64,000 nucleotides of DNA from Bacteroidales bacterium (GCA_011620595.1 WOYX01000024.1:10984-74983); one strand, 5' to 3'. Counted from the stretch's first letter, positions 27,867 to 37,669 are shown. Program-made: numbers and translations. The notes: generated by a model not told the origin, from the sequence alone.

Positions 27867-29450
27867 TCATCTTGTCTTTATTACTGCAAATTTACGTACT
27901 GATCGCCCGTTTTCGGTCTGCAGCAGGCAGAAATATATCCCCGGAGCATAGTCACCGGCATAAAGTGTTTCGTTGTACATTCCCGGCTCCATTATCCTGT
28001 CTGCCAGTGCGGCGACCAGTCTGCCGTCAGTGCTGTAGACCTGCAAGATTACACGTGATCTGCTGAGAATGCGGTAATCAATTACTGCCATGTCACTTAC
28101 AGGGTTCGGAGTAACGGTGATGATCTGATCTTCATCCTGTGTGAATGTTCCATCATCAGAAGAGGTAGTTCCCGTGATGGCTGCTTTCAGGCCGTTCCAC
28201 AGTTCGTCGCGTCCCGCTTCATAGCTCAGGGCCCATATGCCTATCCCTGCCAGGTGGAGGTCCATGGCCAGGTTGTTCTTCATCTGGAGGCTGAGGCTGT
28301 CGTCATACCACATCTGCCGCCACTGCCCGGAGCTCTGGTAACTTATCCATGGTACGCCTGTTGTCTGATCAAAAGTTACAGTGTGATTGGCTGCCAGGTT
28401 TAGGGCGGAGTTGTACAGTCGTGATGTTCCTGTGCCTGTAGTAGGGGCTTTTCTGTCGCTGCTGGTCACGGGCCAGTCGTAGCCGTACCATGGCACTCCG
28501 AGCAGCAGTTTGCCGGACGGCACGCCGTCACCGATATAGTCTTCGTTCAGGCTTCGGGTGATGTTGTAATTCTCCCCTGAAACGGGGGCTACCGGTCCGG
28601 CAGTGGAAGATCCGCTCCAGTAATAGTTGTAGCCCATCATAATAAGGTAGTCACAGATGCCGGCCAGCACTGCCAGGTCCCATCCGTCAGACCAGTTTAC
28701 TGCCGGCGTTGCCAGTGATATCTCGGCAAAGGGTAGTGCCCCCTTGATGCCTCTTACTGCCCTGCGGCAGAAGCTGACCATATTGGCCTTCTGAGCTGAA
28801 GGCACGCTCTCGAAATCGAAGTTGACACCGTCACCGTTGCGAGCCTGCAGCTGAGAAACCAGGTTGTTGATGAGGTTCCACTGCTTGACGGTGTCAGTGA
28901 GCAGCTCGGTATTGCGTGCAGAACCGAAGTTGGTGACGGTGAGGATCACCTTAACGCCTCTCTGGTGTGCATAGCTGATTATGGGAGTGGTATCCCACCC
29001 TCTCAGTGTTGTATATCCTCCGGTTGCTGTGTCAACCTCGTAACTGAAGTAGGCTATATGGGTGAGTACGTCATAGTCGTAATAAATGTAAGCGGTTGAC
29101 CCGGCCCAGTAGGGATGCCATCCGAAGACCATGGGATTTTCGCCTCCGTTCTTAATGACAGTCAGCGGTGCAGGCTTCTCCCCGGCGTTTACTGCGGACC
29201 GCCGTCCTGCTGCACTTCGTGGTCGGGATTGAGCCTCCTCCCCGACACTCCTTGTAAGGGACTTGTCCTCCGTCGGAGTCTCAAACTGCGGACTGCTGAC
29301 TGAAGATTTAAAGAGTGAGTCATAGATCTTCCCGTAGTACTCGCTCTCAACCTGATGTATGCCTTTGACTTTTGGCACAGGATCCTGGGCGACGGCCTTC
29401 ATCATGATGAGAGCTGACAGCATCAGAGCCAGTGTGATCTTAACGGGCAT
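27867..29450 (-). CDS. Secreted glycoside hydrolase family 18 enzyme with a T9SS C-terminal sorting domain
   Basis: GH18 catalytic motif DGVNFDFE (DxxDxDxE). The C-terminal ~80 aa (ITVTPNPVSDMAVIDY...GIYFCLLQTENGRSVRKFAVIK) form a Por-secretion tail. The start is placed at the ATG at 29450 (MPVKITLALMLSALIMMKAVAQ), which removes the overlap with the GntR gene. Confidence 0.75.
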   Translation of the reverse strand: MPVKITLALMLSALIMMKAVAQDPVPKVKGIHQVESEYYGKIYDSLFKSSVSSPQFETPTEDKSLTRSVGEEAQSRPRSAAGRRSAVNAGEKPAPLTVIKNGGENPMVFGWHPYWAGSTAYIYYDYDVLTHIAYFSYEVDTATGGYTTLRGWDTTPIISYAHQRGVKVILTVTNFGSARNTELLTDTVKQWNLINNLVSQLQARNGDGVNFDFESVPSAQKANMVSFCRRAVRGIKGALPFAEISLATPAVNWSDGWDLAVLAGICDYLIMMGYNYYWSGSSTAGPVAPVSGENYNITRSLNEDYIGDGVPSGKLLLGVPWYGYDWPVTSSDRKAPTTGTGTSRLYNSALNLAANHTVTFDQTTGVPWISYQSSGQWRQMWYDDSLSLQMKNNLAMDLHLAGIGIWALSYEAGRDELWNGLKAAITGTTSSDDGTFTQDEDQIITVTPNPVSDMAVIDYRILSRSRVILQVYSTDGRLVAALADRIMEPGMYNETLYAGDYAPGIYFCLLQTENGRSVRKFAVIKTR

Positions 29451-29472
29451 GCAGGCAGGGAAGAGCGAATTG

Positions 29473-30198
29473 TCAGGTTGCCTTGAAATACTTTTTATAT
29501 ATCTCCATGTTCCGTTCAAGGAGGGTGACGGAGACCTCATGAGCCTCCTGGCTATCCTTTTTTTTGAGGGCATCAAGGAGCTCTCTCTGGTATTTCAGGG
29601 TATACTCCTTCTCGCCTTCAATATTTCCGTAGATGAGGTTTCTCATGCGCGGGAGAAGGGAATAGACGGGTTCCATGCTGATGATGACAATGGGATTGCC
29701 GGTTGCTTTTGAGAGGTTCATATGGAACCGGTTGATAAGGTCGACCTCAAGCTGGGTGTTGTCAGGATTGCATTTTTCGAGATCTGCCTGGTTTTTCTGG
29801 AGGATACGTATGTCCTCGTCGCTCCTGTTGCGTGCAGCCAGTCTTGCCACCTCCGGTTCGAAGAGCCTGCGCACCTCTATGATCTGCAGTATCAGGTCCG
29901 AGTTGAACCTGAGGTCATAGAAGAGGTGGAGGGAGTTGATGGCATCCTCTATCTTCAGCTCCGTGATATACATGCCGCTTCCCTTGCGTATATCGATCAG
30001 TCCGCGTGCACTCAGGCGGCGCAGAGCCTCACGGAGGGCAGTACGGCTCACCGCAAACTGGGCGCAGAGCTCTTTTTCCGTGGGAAGCTTTGATCCGGGC
30101 AGTAGTTTCTTCTGCCTTATAGCTTCTTCAATTCTCCTCTCTATTTTCTGGCTGAGAGTGAGTCCCGAGCCGATTTTACTGAAGACGTCGTCTGCCAT
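29473..30198 (-). CDS. GntR-family transcriptional regulator (FadR/FCD-type C-terminal domain)
   Basis: wHTH LPTEKELCAQFAVSRTALREALRRLSARGLIDIRKGSGMYI followed by an all-helical effector domain. Confidence 0.85.
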   Translation of the reverse strand: MADDVFSKIGSGLTLSQKIERRIEEAIRQKKLLPGSKLPTEKELCAQFAVSRTALREALRRLSARGLIDIRKGSGMYITELKIEDAINSLHLFYDLRFNSDLILQIIEVRRLFEPEVARLAARNRSDEDIRILQKNQADLEKCNPDNTQLEVDLINRFHMNLSKATGNPIVIISMEPVYSLLPRMRNLIYGNIEGEKEYTLKYQRELLDALKKKDSQEAHEVSVTLLERNMEIYKKYFKAT

Positions 30199-30252
30199 GT
30201 CAGTGGTTATTTTTCAGATCAGGACAAATATCTTCTATCCCGTTCATTATGT

Positions 30253-31107
30253 TTATTCATAGTGTTCCCTGTAAAACTCCAGGGCCTTTTTTACCGATCC
30301 CTGCTCCATCAGCAGTATGCGGGCTGCCTCCCTCTGGATGTCCAGCTCCTCAACTATCATCCTGGTACCACGTTCTATCAGCTTCTTGTTGGTGAGCTGC
30401 ATGTTGACCATCTTGTTTCCCTTTACCCGGCCCAGCTTGATCATGAGCGTTGTGGTGATCATGTTCAGCACCATCTTCTGTGCGGTGCCGGCCTTCAGCC
30501 GTGTGCTTCCTGTCACAAACTCAGGTCCTACAACCACCACCACCGGGTACTCGGCGACCTTCACCAGCGGGCTGTCAGGGTTGCATGTGATGCATCCGGT
30601 CAGGATGCCGTTCTGCCTTGCTCTCTGTACCCCACCGATAACATACGGGGTGGTTCCGGAAGCAGCTATCCCGATAACCGAATCCTTGGTGTTGATGTTG
30701 AAAATCTCCAGCTCGCTCCACGCTTTGGAGGGGTCATCCTCGGCAGATTCTACAGCCTTGCGAAGCGCGGTCTCTCCTCCGGCAATCAGCCCGATAACCA
30801 CGGTATCGGGCACACCGAAGGATGGAGGCACCTCTGAGGCGTCCAGCACCCCCAGCCTGCCGCTGGTGCCTGCCCCGAGATAGAAGAGCCTGCCGCCCTT
30901 TTGCATTCTTCCGTGGATCTGGTTGATGAGAGTCTCTATCTGCGGGATCGCTTCCCTGACAGCCAGGTGTACCTTTGCATCTTCCTGGTTTATATTCGTC
31001 AGCAACTCATTGACTGTCATCTTGTCAAGATCCTCAAAGTTGGAGGGCGACTCGGTAATGCTGAGCTGTTGTCTTGTAAGACCTGCTTTACTCGTGGTTC
31101 GGTACAT
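30253..31107 (-). CDS. murQ: N-acetylmuramic acid 6-phosphate etherase
   Basis: Collinear with E. coli MurQ as I recall it: GGRLFYLGAGTSGRLGVLDASEVPPSFG, IGIAASGTTPYVIGG, VTGSTRLKAGTAQKMVLNMITT. The start is placed at the ATG at 31107 (285 aa). The track ORF extends further upstream into the preceding gene. Confidence 0.9.
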   Translation of the reverse strand: MYRTTSKAGLTRQQLSITESPSNFEDLDKMTVNELLTNINQEDAKVHLAVREAIPQIETLINQIHGRMQKGGRLFYLGAGTSGRLGVLDASEVPPSFGVPDTVVIGLIAGGETALRKAVESAEDDPSKAWSELEIFNINTKDSVIGIAASGTTPYVIGGVQRARQNGILTGCITCNPDSPLVKVAEYPVVVVVGPEFVTGSTRLKAGTAQKMVLNMITTTLMIKLGRVKGNKMVNMQLTNKKLIERGTRMIVEELDIQREAARILLMEQGSVKKALEFYREHYE

Positions 31108-31948
31108 CTGGATTCCGGATATGATATTTAACGAGGTTGTCCATCGGAGAGAGGGAGAAAATTCCCGGCTGCAACCTGTGCTCAATAAGCAGCTTCTCGA
31201 GAAATGGCCTGAAATGATATGCAATGCTGCCTGTAAAATGGACAGGATAGTCCCAGGCCTCCGGATAGGAGAGCACATTCCTAACGATGAACTCATCAAA
31301 ACTGGATGTTATTATCGCCTGCAGTTCCGGTATATGTAGGTTGTCAGCGATGAAGAGTGAAAACTGACCAAGAAATTTATTGGGGAAAGGCATGTTGTAC
31401 ACTCTCTCAAGTATCTGAGCCGGAGTATAGTTATAAGTCTTAAAGAAGGTATCTATTACCTCATCCGGGAACTGCTTCTTCAGGATACCTGATACCAGTT
31501 TTCTGCCGATAACAGCACCGCCTCCCTCGTCGCCAAGGATATAACCCAGGGGTGAGACATTCGAGACAATATTTCTTCCGTCATAGTAGCATGAGTTGGA
31601 CCCTGTGCCAATTATGCATGCAATACCTGGCTGATCCATGCAGAGCGACCGCGCTGCACCCAGCAGGTCACTGCCGATAAACAGCTCTTCAATACCAAAA
31701 AAGGAGGTCAGTGCTCCCTTTACTATCTCAACCTTTGAGGCGTTGCTGACTCCGGTACAGTAAAAAAACACTTTGCTGACACCCGCATTTGCAAGCTCAG
31801 GTATCTCTTTACCCAGCATATTGTTTATCTCCTCACGGTTAACAAAAAAAGGATTTATGCCGGAAGATGTGTATGACTTCCCATTACCGGTCTCTGCAAC
31901 CTCTCTCCATTCAGTCTTGGTGGAGCCACTGTCAGCGATCAGTATCAT
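31088..31948 (-). CDS. BadF/BadG/BcrA/BcrD-type ASKHA sugar kinase (MurNAc/GlcNAc kinase, MurK-like)
   Basis: MILIADSGSTKTEW (phosphate-1 motif) and IIGTGSNS (phosphate-2 motif). 286 aa, directly upstream of murQ with a 20-nt overlap. Confidence 0.7.
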   Translation of the reverse strand: MILIADSGSTKTEWREVAETGNGKSYTSSGINPFFVNREEINNMLGKEIPELANAGVSKVFFYCTGVSNASKVEIVKGALTSFFGIEELFIGSDLLGAARSLCMDQPGIACIIGTGSNSCYYDGRNIVSNVSPLGYILGDEGGGAVIGRKLVSGILKKQFPDEVIDTFFKTYNYTPAQILERVYNMPFPNKFLGQFSLFIADNLHIPELQAIITSSFDEFIVRNVLSYPEAWDYPVHFTGSIAYHFRPFLEKLLIEHRLQPGIFSLSPMDNLVKYHIRNPDVPNHE

Positions 31949-32080
31949 GATTGGATAAGAATGTATATTTATTTGTTAACCAATTTATTACATATACTGC
32001 ACAAATATGGCTGATTAAATTTAATTCCTAATGTTGTAACAAGTGTATGTAATTATACCGAAATATACAGATTTTTGTCA

Positions 32081-32091
32081 GATGTATGACA
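32081..32091 (+). promoter_or_regulatory. GATGTATGACA motif (GT-N3-AC core); candidate operator in the divergent murK / amidase-operon promoter region
   Basis: The same 11-mer recurs at 60388-60398 and, inverted, at 60573-60583. The 9-mer core TGTATGACA also occurs at 50139-50147. All copies are intergenic. Confidence 0.4.
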
Positions 32092-32108
32092 CATTTATAA
32101 AAACTTTC

Positions 32109-32116
32109 TACTTTTG
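32109..32116 (+). promoter_or_regulatory. Candidate -7 box TACTTTTG (TAnnTTTG)
   Basis: Exact consensus match, 38 nt upstream of the ATG at 32154, in an AT-rich 205-nt divergent intergenic region. Confidence 0.4.
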
Positions 32117-32153
32117 AATCATAATTACTAATTTAAGCAAAAAAATATCAGAG

Positions 32154-35100
32154 ATGCGAAGATCCAATCTCCTCTTTTCCCTTTTCCTTTTTCTGATTGT
32201 GCCCGGAATGTTTCAGCCTCTGTCGGGGCAGAAACCCGGCAGGATGCAGCGAATCGCTGAATCAAGGTTGGGTGAGTGGGTCACACCCATCCCGGAATGG
32301 CTTTTCCCGGAAGAGCTGAAGATCGATTCCGTGAGTGTTGATGATCAGCAGAAGGAGGTCAGCATCTGGTTGCCGGCCGAGGCAGCCCATAACCCTGTCA
32401 GGGAGGAGTCGCACGCGCACCTGGTAAACTCCCTCAGGGAGAGTCTGGGAAGGAGATTTTCCGGGTACGGTATAACTGTCCTGTGCGGCGGTCAGCCTCT
32501 TGAGGAGCTCATACCTAACTACTTCAGATATGAGCTTTCCCGTGACGCCGGGAGGATACCTCCCGCGCCGGAGTCGAGGCCCCGGCTTGTACAACGGATC
32601 GGGTCCGCTGAGTATTCCGAAGGTCTTGACGGCAGGAATATTGCCCTGTGGCACAGTCACGGCTACTATTTCGACATGACCCTGGACCGCTGGGAGTGGC
32701 AGCGTGCCAAGCTCTTCGGCAGTGTGGAGGATCTTTCGGTCATGGCCTATGTCATTCCATACCTTGTACCCATGCTTGAGAATTCCGGCGCAACGGTATT
32801 CATACCGCGCGAAAGGGATATCCAGCTAAATGAAGTCATCGTTGATAACAACGGCTCTACGGGCAACTCCGAGTTTGTATTGCAGGTAACCGAGCCTCCC
32901 GTGGAAGCCGGTCCGGGATTCCTGCTCAGGGATACACTCTTCAGCGGTGACAATCCTTTCCTCATGGGCACCTCCCTGACCATCAGCGACGGCTCTGCGC
33001 TGTTTATTCCCGAGATACCCGAAAAGGGATCTTACGGTGTCACGGTCTCCTGGCCCCGCCTGACTGACAATGCAGGCAAGGCGCTTGTCAGGGTCAGTCA
33101 CACCGGCGGCGTGACCGAATTTATTGCAGACCAGTCGATAGGAGGCGGCACCTGGGTCTGGCTCGGTTCCTTCATCTTCGATAAGGGGCTTGACCGCGAC
33201 AGGGGTTCTGTCACCCTCACCTCGACCGACGGTTCACCGGTGGCCGTTGATGCTGTCCGCTTCGGAGGAGGGATGGGCAACGTAGCCCGCCGTCCCTCAT
33301 CATCGGTGATAGCAAACCAGTGGTCGCTCAATGCCGGCGACCAGCCTGCCGGTGATGAGAGCCAATCCGCCGTGAGCTACAGCTGGAAGCTGAGCGGCAA
33401 GCCGAGGTATCTTGAGGCTGCCCGCTACTGGCTCCAGTTTGCAGGTATGCCTGACACACTCGTCTATACTGTTAACCATGGGAGAAACGATTACAATGAC
33501 GACTACATGTCGCGTGCCGAATGGGTCAACTACCTGAATCGCGAGCCCGACAGTACCGGCGGCAACGGCATGGGTATCCCCGTTGACCTCTCCTTCGCAT
33601 TTCATACAGATGCAGGCATCACGCCCGATGATTCCATCATTGGCACTCTCGGTATCTATTCCACCGCAACCAACGAAGGCAGATTCCCCGACGGCACCAG
33701 TCGTCTCGCCAGCCGTGATCTCACTGATATCGTTCAGACCCAGATCGTCGAGGACATATATGTGCTCTTTAATCCCGACTGGACCCGGCGTGCCATGTGG
33801 GACCGTTCCTATTATGAGGCACGCAAGCCCGATGTGCCCGCCATGCTTCTGGAACTGCTCTCTCATCAGAACCTGGCCGACCAGCGTTACGGGTTTGACC
33901 CGCGCTTTCGCTTTCATGTGAGCCGTGCCGTTTACAAGGGTATCCTACGCTACCTGGCCACCGCCTCTGGTATGGAGTATACCATTCATCCGCTGCCAGT
34001 CTCGCACATGGAGCTTGCTCCCCTTGGTGGCAAGAGTGTCAGGCTTAGCTGGACGCCTGTAACTGATCCCCTGGAGTCGACCGCTGACCCGCTCTCATAC
34101 AAAGTATATATGGCTGTCGGCGACAACGGCTTTGATAATGGAAGGGAGGTGACCGGCACCATCCTTAACATCGAGCTTCCGTCATACAACATGCTCTACC
34201 GGTTCAGGGTTACCGCACTGAATGAGGGGGGAGAGAGCTTCCCCTCAGAAACGCTCTCGGCAGGCTTTGTGGCGGATTCTCCGGAGACCGTGCTTGTTGT
34301 CAGCGGCTTTGACCGTATCTCCGGCCCCTCCTGGTTTGACCGCGGCGGTATGGCCGGCGTCGCGTGGTGGGATGACCGCGGGGTGGCTGACCATTACAAT
34401 TTCTCGAATACCGGCGACCAGTATGACTTTAACCGCAGGTCGCCGTGGACAGATGATGACAATGCAGGATGGGGTGCTTCATGGTCTGACGGCGAGGGAA
34501 AGATTATCCCGGGGAACACATTCGACTTTTCTGCCATCCACGGCAGTTCAATCATGGCTGCCGGCAGGTCGTTCATCTCGGTCAGCGATGAGGTGTTCAA
34601 CAGTCCTGAATTCGATCTCAGACCATACGCTGCCGTTGACCTGCTCTTCGGTGAAGAGAAGAGCACACCTTCAGCCTGTTATCCTGAGAGGAAGGAGTTT
34701 CAGATATACACCCCTGAGTTCATGCGGAGCCTGGAGAGACTCACGGAGGCTTCCATACCACTATTCATGTCCGGGGCCTACATCGGCACCGATCTTATGA
34801 TCACGGCTGACAGCGCTGTCAGCGCAAAGGTGATGCAGCTCCTGCATTTCAAACCCCGGACTAACCACGCTGTAAGAACGGGTGAATTCTACGCCACCGA
34901 CATCGCAGGGCCTGACCTCTCAGGTAAATTTTCATTCAACACCGGATCTTATACCGGTATCTATGCAGCCGAATCACCCGATGCCATTGAACCGGCTGAC
35001 AGGAGATCGCGCACAGCATTCCGCTATTCGGAGAACAATACGTCAGCAGCCGTCATGCACAATGGAGAAGTGAGAACTGTGGTCACCGGATTCCCGTTTG

Positions 35101-35171
35101 AGACTGTAACTTCGCAGGAAGAGAGAGACAGACTCATGAAACAGATACTGGATTTCATCTTAAAGAGATAA
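32154..35171 (+). CDS. Large secreted protein with an Amidase_3-like (MurNAc-L-Ala amidase fold) core and an Fn3-like domain
   Basis: Signal peptide. NIALWHSHGYYF, VDLSFAFHTDAG and PAMLLELLSHQNLADQ resemble the Zn-ligand and catalytic-Glu blocks of Amidase_3. VRLSWTPVTDPLESTADPLSYKVYMAV is Fn3-like. Confidence 0.4.
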   Translation: MRRSNLLFSLFLFLIVPGMFQPLSGQKPGRMQRIAESRLGEWVTPIPEWLFPEELKIDSVSVDDQQKEVSIWLPAEAAHNPVREESHAHLVNSLRESLGRRFSGYGITVLCGGQPLEELIPNYFRYELSRDAGRIPPAPESRPRLVQRIGSAEYSEGLDGRNIALWHSHGYYFDMTLDRWEWQRAKLFGSVEDLSVMAYVIPYLVPMLENSGATVFIPRERDIQLNEVIVDNNGSTGNSEFVLQVTEPPVEAGPGFLLRDTLFSGDNPFLMGTSLTISDGSALFIPEIPEKGSYGVTVSWPRLTDNAGKALVRVSHTGGVTEFIADQSIGGGTWVWLGSFIFDKGLDRDRGSVTLTSTDGSPVAVDAVRFGGGMGNVARRPSSSVIANQWSLNAGDQPAGDESQSAVSYSWKLSGKPRYLEAARYWLQFAGMPDTLVYTVNHGRNDYNDDYMSRAEWVNYLNREPDSTGGNGMGIPVDLSFAFHTDAGITPDDSIIGTLGIYSTATNEGRFPDGTSRLASRDLTDIVQTQIVEDIYVLFNPDWTRRAMWDRSYYEARKPDVPAMLLELLSHQNLADQRYGFDPRFRFHVSRAVYKGILRYLATASGMEYTIHPLPVSHMELAPLGGKSVRLSWTPVTDPLESTADPLSYKVYMAVGDNGFDNGREVTGTILNIELPSYNMLYRFRVTALNEGGESFPSETLSAGFVADSPETVLVVSGFDRISGPSWFDRGGMAGVAWWDDRGVADHYNFSNTGDQYDFNRRSPWTDDDNAGWGASWSDGEGKIIPGNTFDFSAIHGSSIMAAGRSFISVSDEVFNSPEFDLRPYAAVDLLFGEEKSTPSACYPERKEFQIYTPEFMRSLERLTEASIPLFMSGAYIGTDLMITADSAVSAKVMQLLHFKPRTNHAVRTGEFYATDIAGPDLSGKFSFNTGSYTGIYAAESPDAIEPADRRSRTAFRYSENNTSAAVMHNGEVRTVVTGFPFETVTSQEERDRLMKQILDFILKR

Positions 35172-35180
35172 ACCAACGTT

Positions 35181-36659
35181 ATGGAGAGAACCATCACATG
35201 CTTTATGCCCTGGTCTGACTCCGGCTCTGTGGCGGCTACAGTCAGATCACTGAGAAGTTCCGTCGTAGTCAGCAGGATCTTCATCGTGGTACCCCCTGAC
35301 CATACTGGTGATATCGGGATACCGGAGACTCAGATTCTTAGATCAGCAGGATTTGTCTCCACCGACGCGCTGAAGAAAATGGCAGCAGTGACCGATACCG
35401 ATTTTGTTTTAATATACAGCAAGGGCTTTCCGCTCGATCCGGGGAAATTTGCCTTCGAACGGTTGATCCAGGTTTGCGAAGGCACAGGTGCCGGCATGGT
35501 CTATTCAGACTACTTCGAGAAAAAGAGTGAGAAGCTCTCATCGCACCCTCTGATAGATTACCAGGAGGGCAGCCTTCGTGACGACTTCAATTTCGGTTCG
35601 GTCATCCTTTACAGTACTGACGCCTTCAGGAAGGCCTGCAGCGCCATGAAGAAAGAATACAGCTTTGCCGGGCTGTACGATCTGAGGCTCAGGGTCTCGC
35701 AGTCTTATCCTGTGCTCCACATCCCGGAGATGCTGTATACCGAGGTGGAAACGGACACCCGCAGGTCGGAGGAGAAGATGTTTGATTACGTTGACCCGCG
35801 CAACAGGGAGGTTCAGATAGAGATGGAAAGGGCCTGCACAGATCACCTCAGGGAGGTCGGCGCCTGGCTCGGACCCCGGTTCAGGGAGATAGCATTTGAT
35901 GATGAGAGCTTTGAATACGATGCCTCTGTTATCATTCCCGTACGAAACAGGGTCAAAACAATCGGTGATGCCATCAGGTCAGTGCTCAGCCAGAAGTCGC
36001 CCTACAGCTTTAACCTGATAATCGTTGACAATCATTCCACCGACGGCACAACCGATGTTGTAAGGTCATTTGCAGGCGACAGCAGGGTGGTGCATATAAT
36101 TCCGGAAAGAGATGATCTGGGTATCGGCGGATGCTGGAACGAGGCTCTCTTCAGCGACAAGTGCGGCAAGTTTGCGATACAGCTTGACAGTGACGACCTC
36201 TATATAGACGACACGGTGGTGACCAGGATCGTTGATGCCTTTCAGGAGCAGCAGTGCGCCATGGTGGTAGGCTCGTACAGGATGGTCAACTTTGAGCTGA
36301 AGGATATCCCTCCGGGACTGATAGACCACAGGGAGTGGACCCCTGACAACGGCAGGAACAATGCGTTGAGGATCAATGGCCTCGGGGCTCCGAGGGCATT
36401 TTACACACCTGTGCTGCGAACCGTGAGGGTACCCAACGTCAGCTATGGCGAGGATTATGCTGTCGGGCTCGCCATAAGCCGACACTACAGGATAGGACGT
36501 ATATATGAACCTCTCTATCTCTGCCGCCGCTGGGATGAAAACTCCGATGCGTTGCTGGATGTGGAAACGATGAATGCACATAATCTTTATAAGGACAGGA
36601 TACGCACTCTGGAGCTTCTTGCCAGGAGACGGATGATCAGCAGCGGGAGGAGAAACTGA
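35181..36659 (+). CDS. Family-2 glycosyltransferase with a ~240-aa N-terminal extension
   Basis: ASVIIPVRNRVKTIGDAIRSVLSQKSPYSFNLIIVDNHSTDGT (GT-A fold) and the DxD-like QLDSDDLY. No signal peptide. Confidence 0.75.
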   Translation: MERTITCFMPWSDSGSVAATVRSLRSSVVVSRIFIVVPPDHTGDIGIPETQILRSAGFVSTDALKKMAAVTDTDFVLIYSKGFPLDPGKFAFERLIQVCEGTGAGMVYSDYFEKKSEKLSSHPLIDYQEGSLRDDFNFGSVILYSTDAFRKACSAMKKEYSFAGLYDLRLRVSQSYPVLHIPEMLYTEVETDTRRSEEKMFDYVDPRNREVQIEMERACTDHLREVGAWLGPRFREIAFDDESFEYDASVIIPVRNRVKTIGDAIRSVLSQKSPYSFNLIIVDNHSTDGTTDVVRSFAGDSRVVHIIPERDDLGIGGCWNEALFSDKCGKFAIQLDSDDLYIDDTVVTRIVDAFQEQQCAMVVGSYRMVNFELKDIPPGLIDHREWTPDNGRNNALRINGLGAPRAFYTPVLRTVRVPNVSYGEDYAVGLAISRHYRIGRIYEPLYLCRRWDENSDALLDVETMNAHNLYKDRIRTLELLARRRMISSGRRN

Positions 36660-36730
36660 AAAGCAGCTGCAGGTAAAGCTGAAGAGCAGATGTATGCTGA
36701 GGAGTATTCACAGGGGAAATTGAAAACCAG

Positions 36731-37669
36731 ATGTACGATCACTCAGATATTGTAAATGATCTTTTTGAGAGCCAGTTCAGGGAGTGGCCCCTGGCGCGCG
36801 ACAACTACGGTCAGCTCGACAGTGTGAGGGTAAGGAAGATACCCTTCCCGGGCTATGAGATCGCCGTGCAGTTCAATCCCGGGAGGATCGTCTCATCCGC
36901 GGCGATGGTGGATGCCGGTTCCATCAAAGCGAGGCCCTGTTTCCTCTGTGAGGATAACAGGCCGCCGGAGCAGAGGGGAGTGCCCTTTGGCAGTGATTAC
37001 ATCATCCTGATCAATCCCTTCCCGATCTTCAGGCGTCATCTCACCATTGTTAACCGGGCACACACGCCGCAGCAGATAGAAGGCAACTTCTTATCCATGC
37101 TTTCAATGGCAGAGGCACTGCCCGATTTTGTCATCTTCTATAACGGTCCGCAGTGCGGTGCCTCAGCTCCCGACCACCTCCATTTTCAGGCGGGCAACAG
37201 GGGGTTTCTGCCGGTGGAAATGGATGCCGGAAACCCTGGTCTCAGCAGTACTGTGGCCTCCTCAGGGGGTATTGAACTCCGTCTGTGGAGCGGCTACGGC
37301 AGGGGGATGCTGACTCTTGCGGGGAGCGACAGCAGGGCTCTCGACAATGCCTTTACCCGTTTCTACAATAAGTTTGCCGCCACACAGCCTGAAAGGCCGG
37401 AGCCCATGCTGAACATGCTGGCTTACCATTCCGCGGGCAGATGGACAATACACATCATACCCCGCAGGCTCCACAGGCCGTCGTGCTACTTTGCCGCTGA
37501 GCCGGGGAGGATTCTACTGAGCCCGGCATCAGTTGACATGGGAGGGGTATTCATCACCCCCAGGGAAGAAGATTACATAAAGATCACCGCCGCTGATATC
37601 AGCAGCATCCTCGAAGAGGTGTGCCTGAGCGACGGGGAGGTGAAATCATTAACGGAAGGATTATTATGA
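36731..37669 (+). CDS. DUF4922-like HIT/GalT-superfamily nucleotidyl-transferase or nucleotide-sugar phosphorylase
   Basis: APDHLHFQAG carries the HxHxQ motif of the GalT / GDP-L-galactose-phosphorylase branch. An upstream CFLC Cys pair is present. Confidence 0.55.
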   Translation: MYDHSDIVNDLFESQFREWPLARDNYGQLDSVRVRKIPFPGYEIAVQFNPGRIVSSAAMVDAGSIKARPCFLCEDNRPPEQRGVPFGSDYIILINPFPIFRRHLTIVNRAHTPQQIEGNFLSMLSMAEALPDFVIFYNGPQCGASAPDHLHFQAGNRGFLPVEMDAGNPGLSSTVASSGGIELRLWSGYGRGMLTLAGSDSRALDNAFTRFYNKFAATQPERPEPMLNMLAYHSAGRWTIHIIPRRLHRPSCYFAAEPGRILLSPASVDMGGVFITPREEDYIKITAADISSILEEVCLSDGEVKSLTEGLL

